This document shows positions 62,277-64,000 of a stretch of 64,000 nucleotides of DNA, piece after piece; within the stretch, counting starts at the first letter, position 1, and every line of letters begins with the position of its first letter. The translations under genes were made by a program, and so were the position numbers. Below the pieces are notes generated by a model that did not search any database, was not told where the DNA came from, and saw nothing but the letters and a program-made list of their open reading frames with translations. The DNA is from Bilabrum cf. latius (lineage: Eukaryota): NCBI GenBank assembly GCA_965178125.1, contig OZ237747.1, forward strand, positions 1,116,001 through 1,180,000, read 5' to 3'.

Positions 62277-64000
62277 ATGTCTAGAAGCTGTCTTTTGCGC
62301 AAAGAACGAATAGCAGCTAAGGCTGGGCGGCTAGGCGTCGATCCCTTCGAGCTTGCCGCCCGAGACAGCCAGGAAGCATCCGGGCCGCCTCCGGAGGACG
62401 CGCTGCCATTTTCCGGCAATCAGTCGAGCTTCAACGTAGAGCCTGCTCTGGCTGGGGCAATTGTACAGCATCGAGCATTCAGTCACAGCGCTGCGCGACT
62501 GGAGTCTTTGGAGGATGTTTGCGCAACTGCGGCTCTCTGCCCACATTTCGATCCGTGGGAGCCTGGGACGACTGCTCGAACACCTTCGAGGTTTTTCTGT
62601 CTTCTGTTCAAGCTCATGCTAATGCGACCGACCAAAGATCAGCTGCTTCGAATCCTGCAGAGCTCAATTGCCGGACCACAGGACGCCGTCTTGGAGGAGC
62701 AGACCGAGGACACGAGTGCGGCCGCGGCCCTGGCAAAGTGCGGCCAGCCCCAGCACAAGCCGGGGGCATCGTGCGCCCCGCGCATCCTTGCCATGCTGCT
62801 GCTTCGGTACTGCGCCGACCAGCGCACCCTGTGGTCCTGGCTGCGCCCCTTCCTGGACGACGCACAGCCAGTCCGAGCAGCCGGCGGCATGGACCCCGGG
62901 CTGAGGCTCAAGGCAGCACCCGATTCCCTGCCTGGGCCATCGGGACCCGACGCCGTGGAGGCCTGCAGATCGCTGTGGCGGGCCCAGTCGGATTCTCGGG
63001 CCGCCCCCACGGTGGGGGCAGTGGCCAGGCACCTCCTGCTGGCCCCTCGCTTCCAGGACGCGATGCTGCCGCGGCTGGCAGTTCCGGTATAGCGACGGGT
63101 TGAGGCGCTGCTGGGCCTGCACGCCATGTCCAGGCGGTGCATGGGCCGGGCCTGGGAGCTCCGGTCCAAGTGGGTACCCGGCGCGGCGGTGCGGTGGCAC
63201 GCGGGAGGCGAGGAGCAGACCCCGGGGGCAGAGGGGGGCATCGGCGCGGGCAAGGCCGCAGATGGTGGGGCGGGGTGGAAAGAAGGGGCGGTGAAGAGGG
63301 GGGCCACGACCGAGGAGGCCTGCGGCAGGCGCTGCGTGCTGTGGCTGACGGAGCGAGGGGGTGGCATAGGCGCTGGTGGGGGTGCGGGCGGGGCCGGTGC
63401 AAGTCGAGATGCGATGGTGGACATGGGGTACCTGGACATGGCTGGGGGGTTCGGTGCTGCGGCGGGCGGGGAGGGCGGTAGCTCCCTGCCACCTGGGCTG
63501 CGGCTGCCCGTCCTCTCTGAGCTATCCGGGACTGGCGGGAGTGTAGGTGCATCCAGGGGTGGGGCGGGAGGGCTCAAGTATGCGGGGGGGAGGAGCTCAA
63601 GTGGTAGTGGGGCGCGTTCGTCAGGGGCCCGGGGATACGGCCGTGGTGGCGGTGGCGGCGCGGGGGTGCGAGGGGGTGGCACTCGACGCAAGGGGAAGGG
63701 ACAGCAAGGCAGCATGGCGGCGATGATGCTGGAGGAGGAGGAAGAGGAGGACGAGGAAGAGGAGAAGGAAGAAGATGGGGAATACTATGAAGGCGTGGGT
63801 GGGTACGAGGATGAGGGGGAAGGCGCGTGGGAAGCGGATGGAGGCGATGATGAGGCACAGGGGCAAGAGGAAACAGCCAGCGGTGCTGGTGATCGTAGTG
63901 TGACGATTGAAATTAGCAGCTCTGGCCAGGTGGAGGGCCAGCAAGACGCCTCTGGCGCCACGAGCAGTGCCGAGGAGCCTGCCGATGCTGGGCCCGCTGG
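62277..64000 (+). CDS. PRP38 family splicing factor (PRPF38B-like), 3'-partial, with a Gly-rich/acidic tail
   Basis: LPFSGNQSSFNV, HFDPWE, FFCLLFKL, LWSWLRPFLDD, LPRLAVPV*RRV. The frame stays open past TAG 63090 to the window end. Confidence 0.85.

Noticed and set aside
42394-64000. Interpreting the TAG-interrupted genes as pseudogenes or as containing tiny introns
   Set aside because: The interruptions are exclusively TAG, the frame is preserved, no splice signals flank them, and essential motifs are intact.
1-64000. Suppressor tRNA-Gln(CUA) or other RNA genes
   Set aside because: I recognised none by eye; tRNAscan-SE or Infernal is needed to exclude them.

Overview
Eukaryotic nuclear DNA from a flagellated protist: intron-poor with short GT-AG introns, and carrying IFT80, a kinesin-7 and a PRP38B-like gene. 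The dominant signal is a non-standard genetic code. About 90-100 in-frame TAG codons (hand count) interrupt otherwise continuous genes, and several fall on positions that call for Gln: an IQ motif, PRP38B 'VPVQ', and a Gly-Gln repeat. TGA and apparently TAA still terminate, which points to UAG=Gln decoupled from UAA. Read this way, the fragmented ORF track collapses into about 17 genes. The right half (32.7-64 kb) is a compact run of GC-rich conserved genes. The left half (1-32 kb) is a co-oriented cluster of long, unrecognised low-complexity or membrane proteins with in-frame minisatellites. It is interrupted by a 6.6-kb non-autonomous element with split direct repeats (A1...B1-A2...B2, Ngaro/PAT-like) that carries two satellite arrays and an RT fragment and appears nested in a decayed RLE-type non-LTR retrotransposon. 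All calls were made by eye; no database searches were run.
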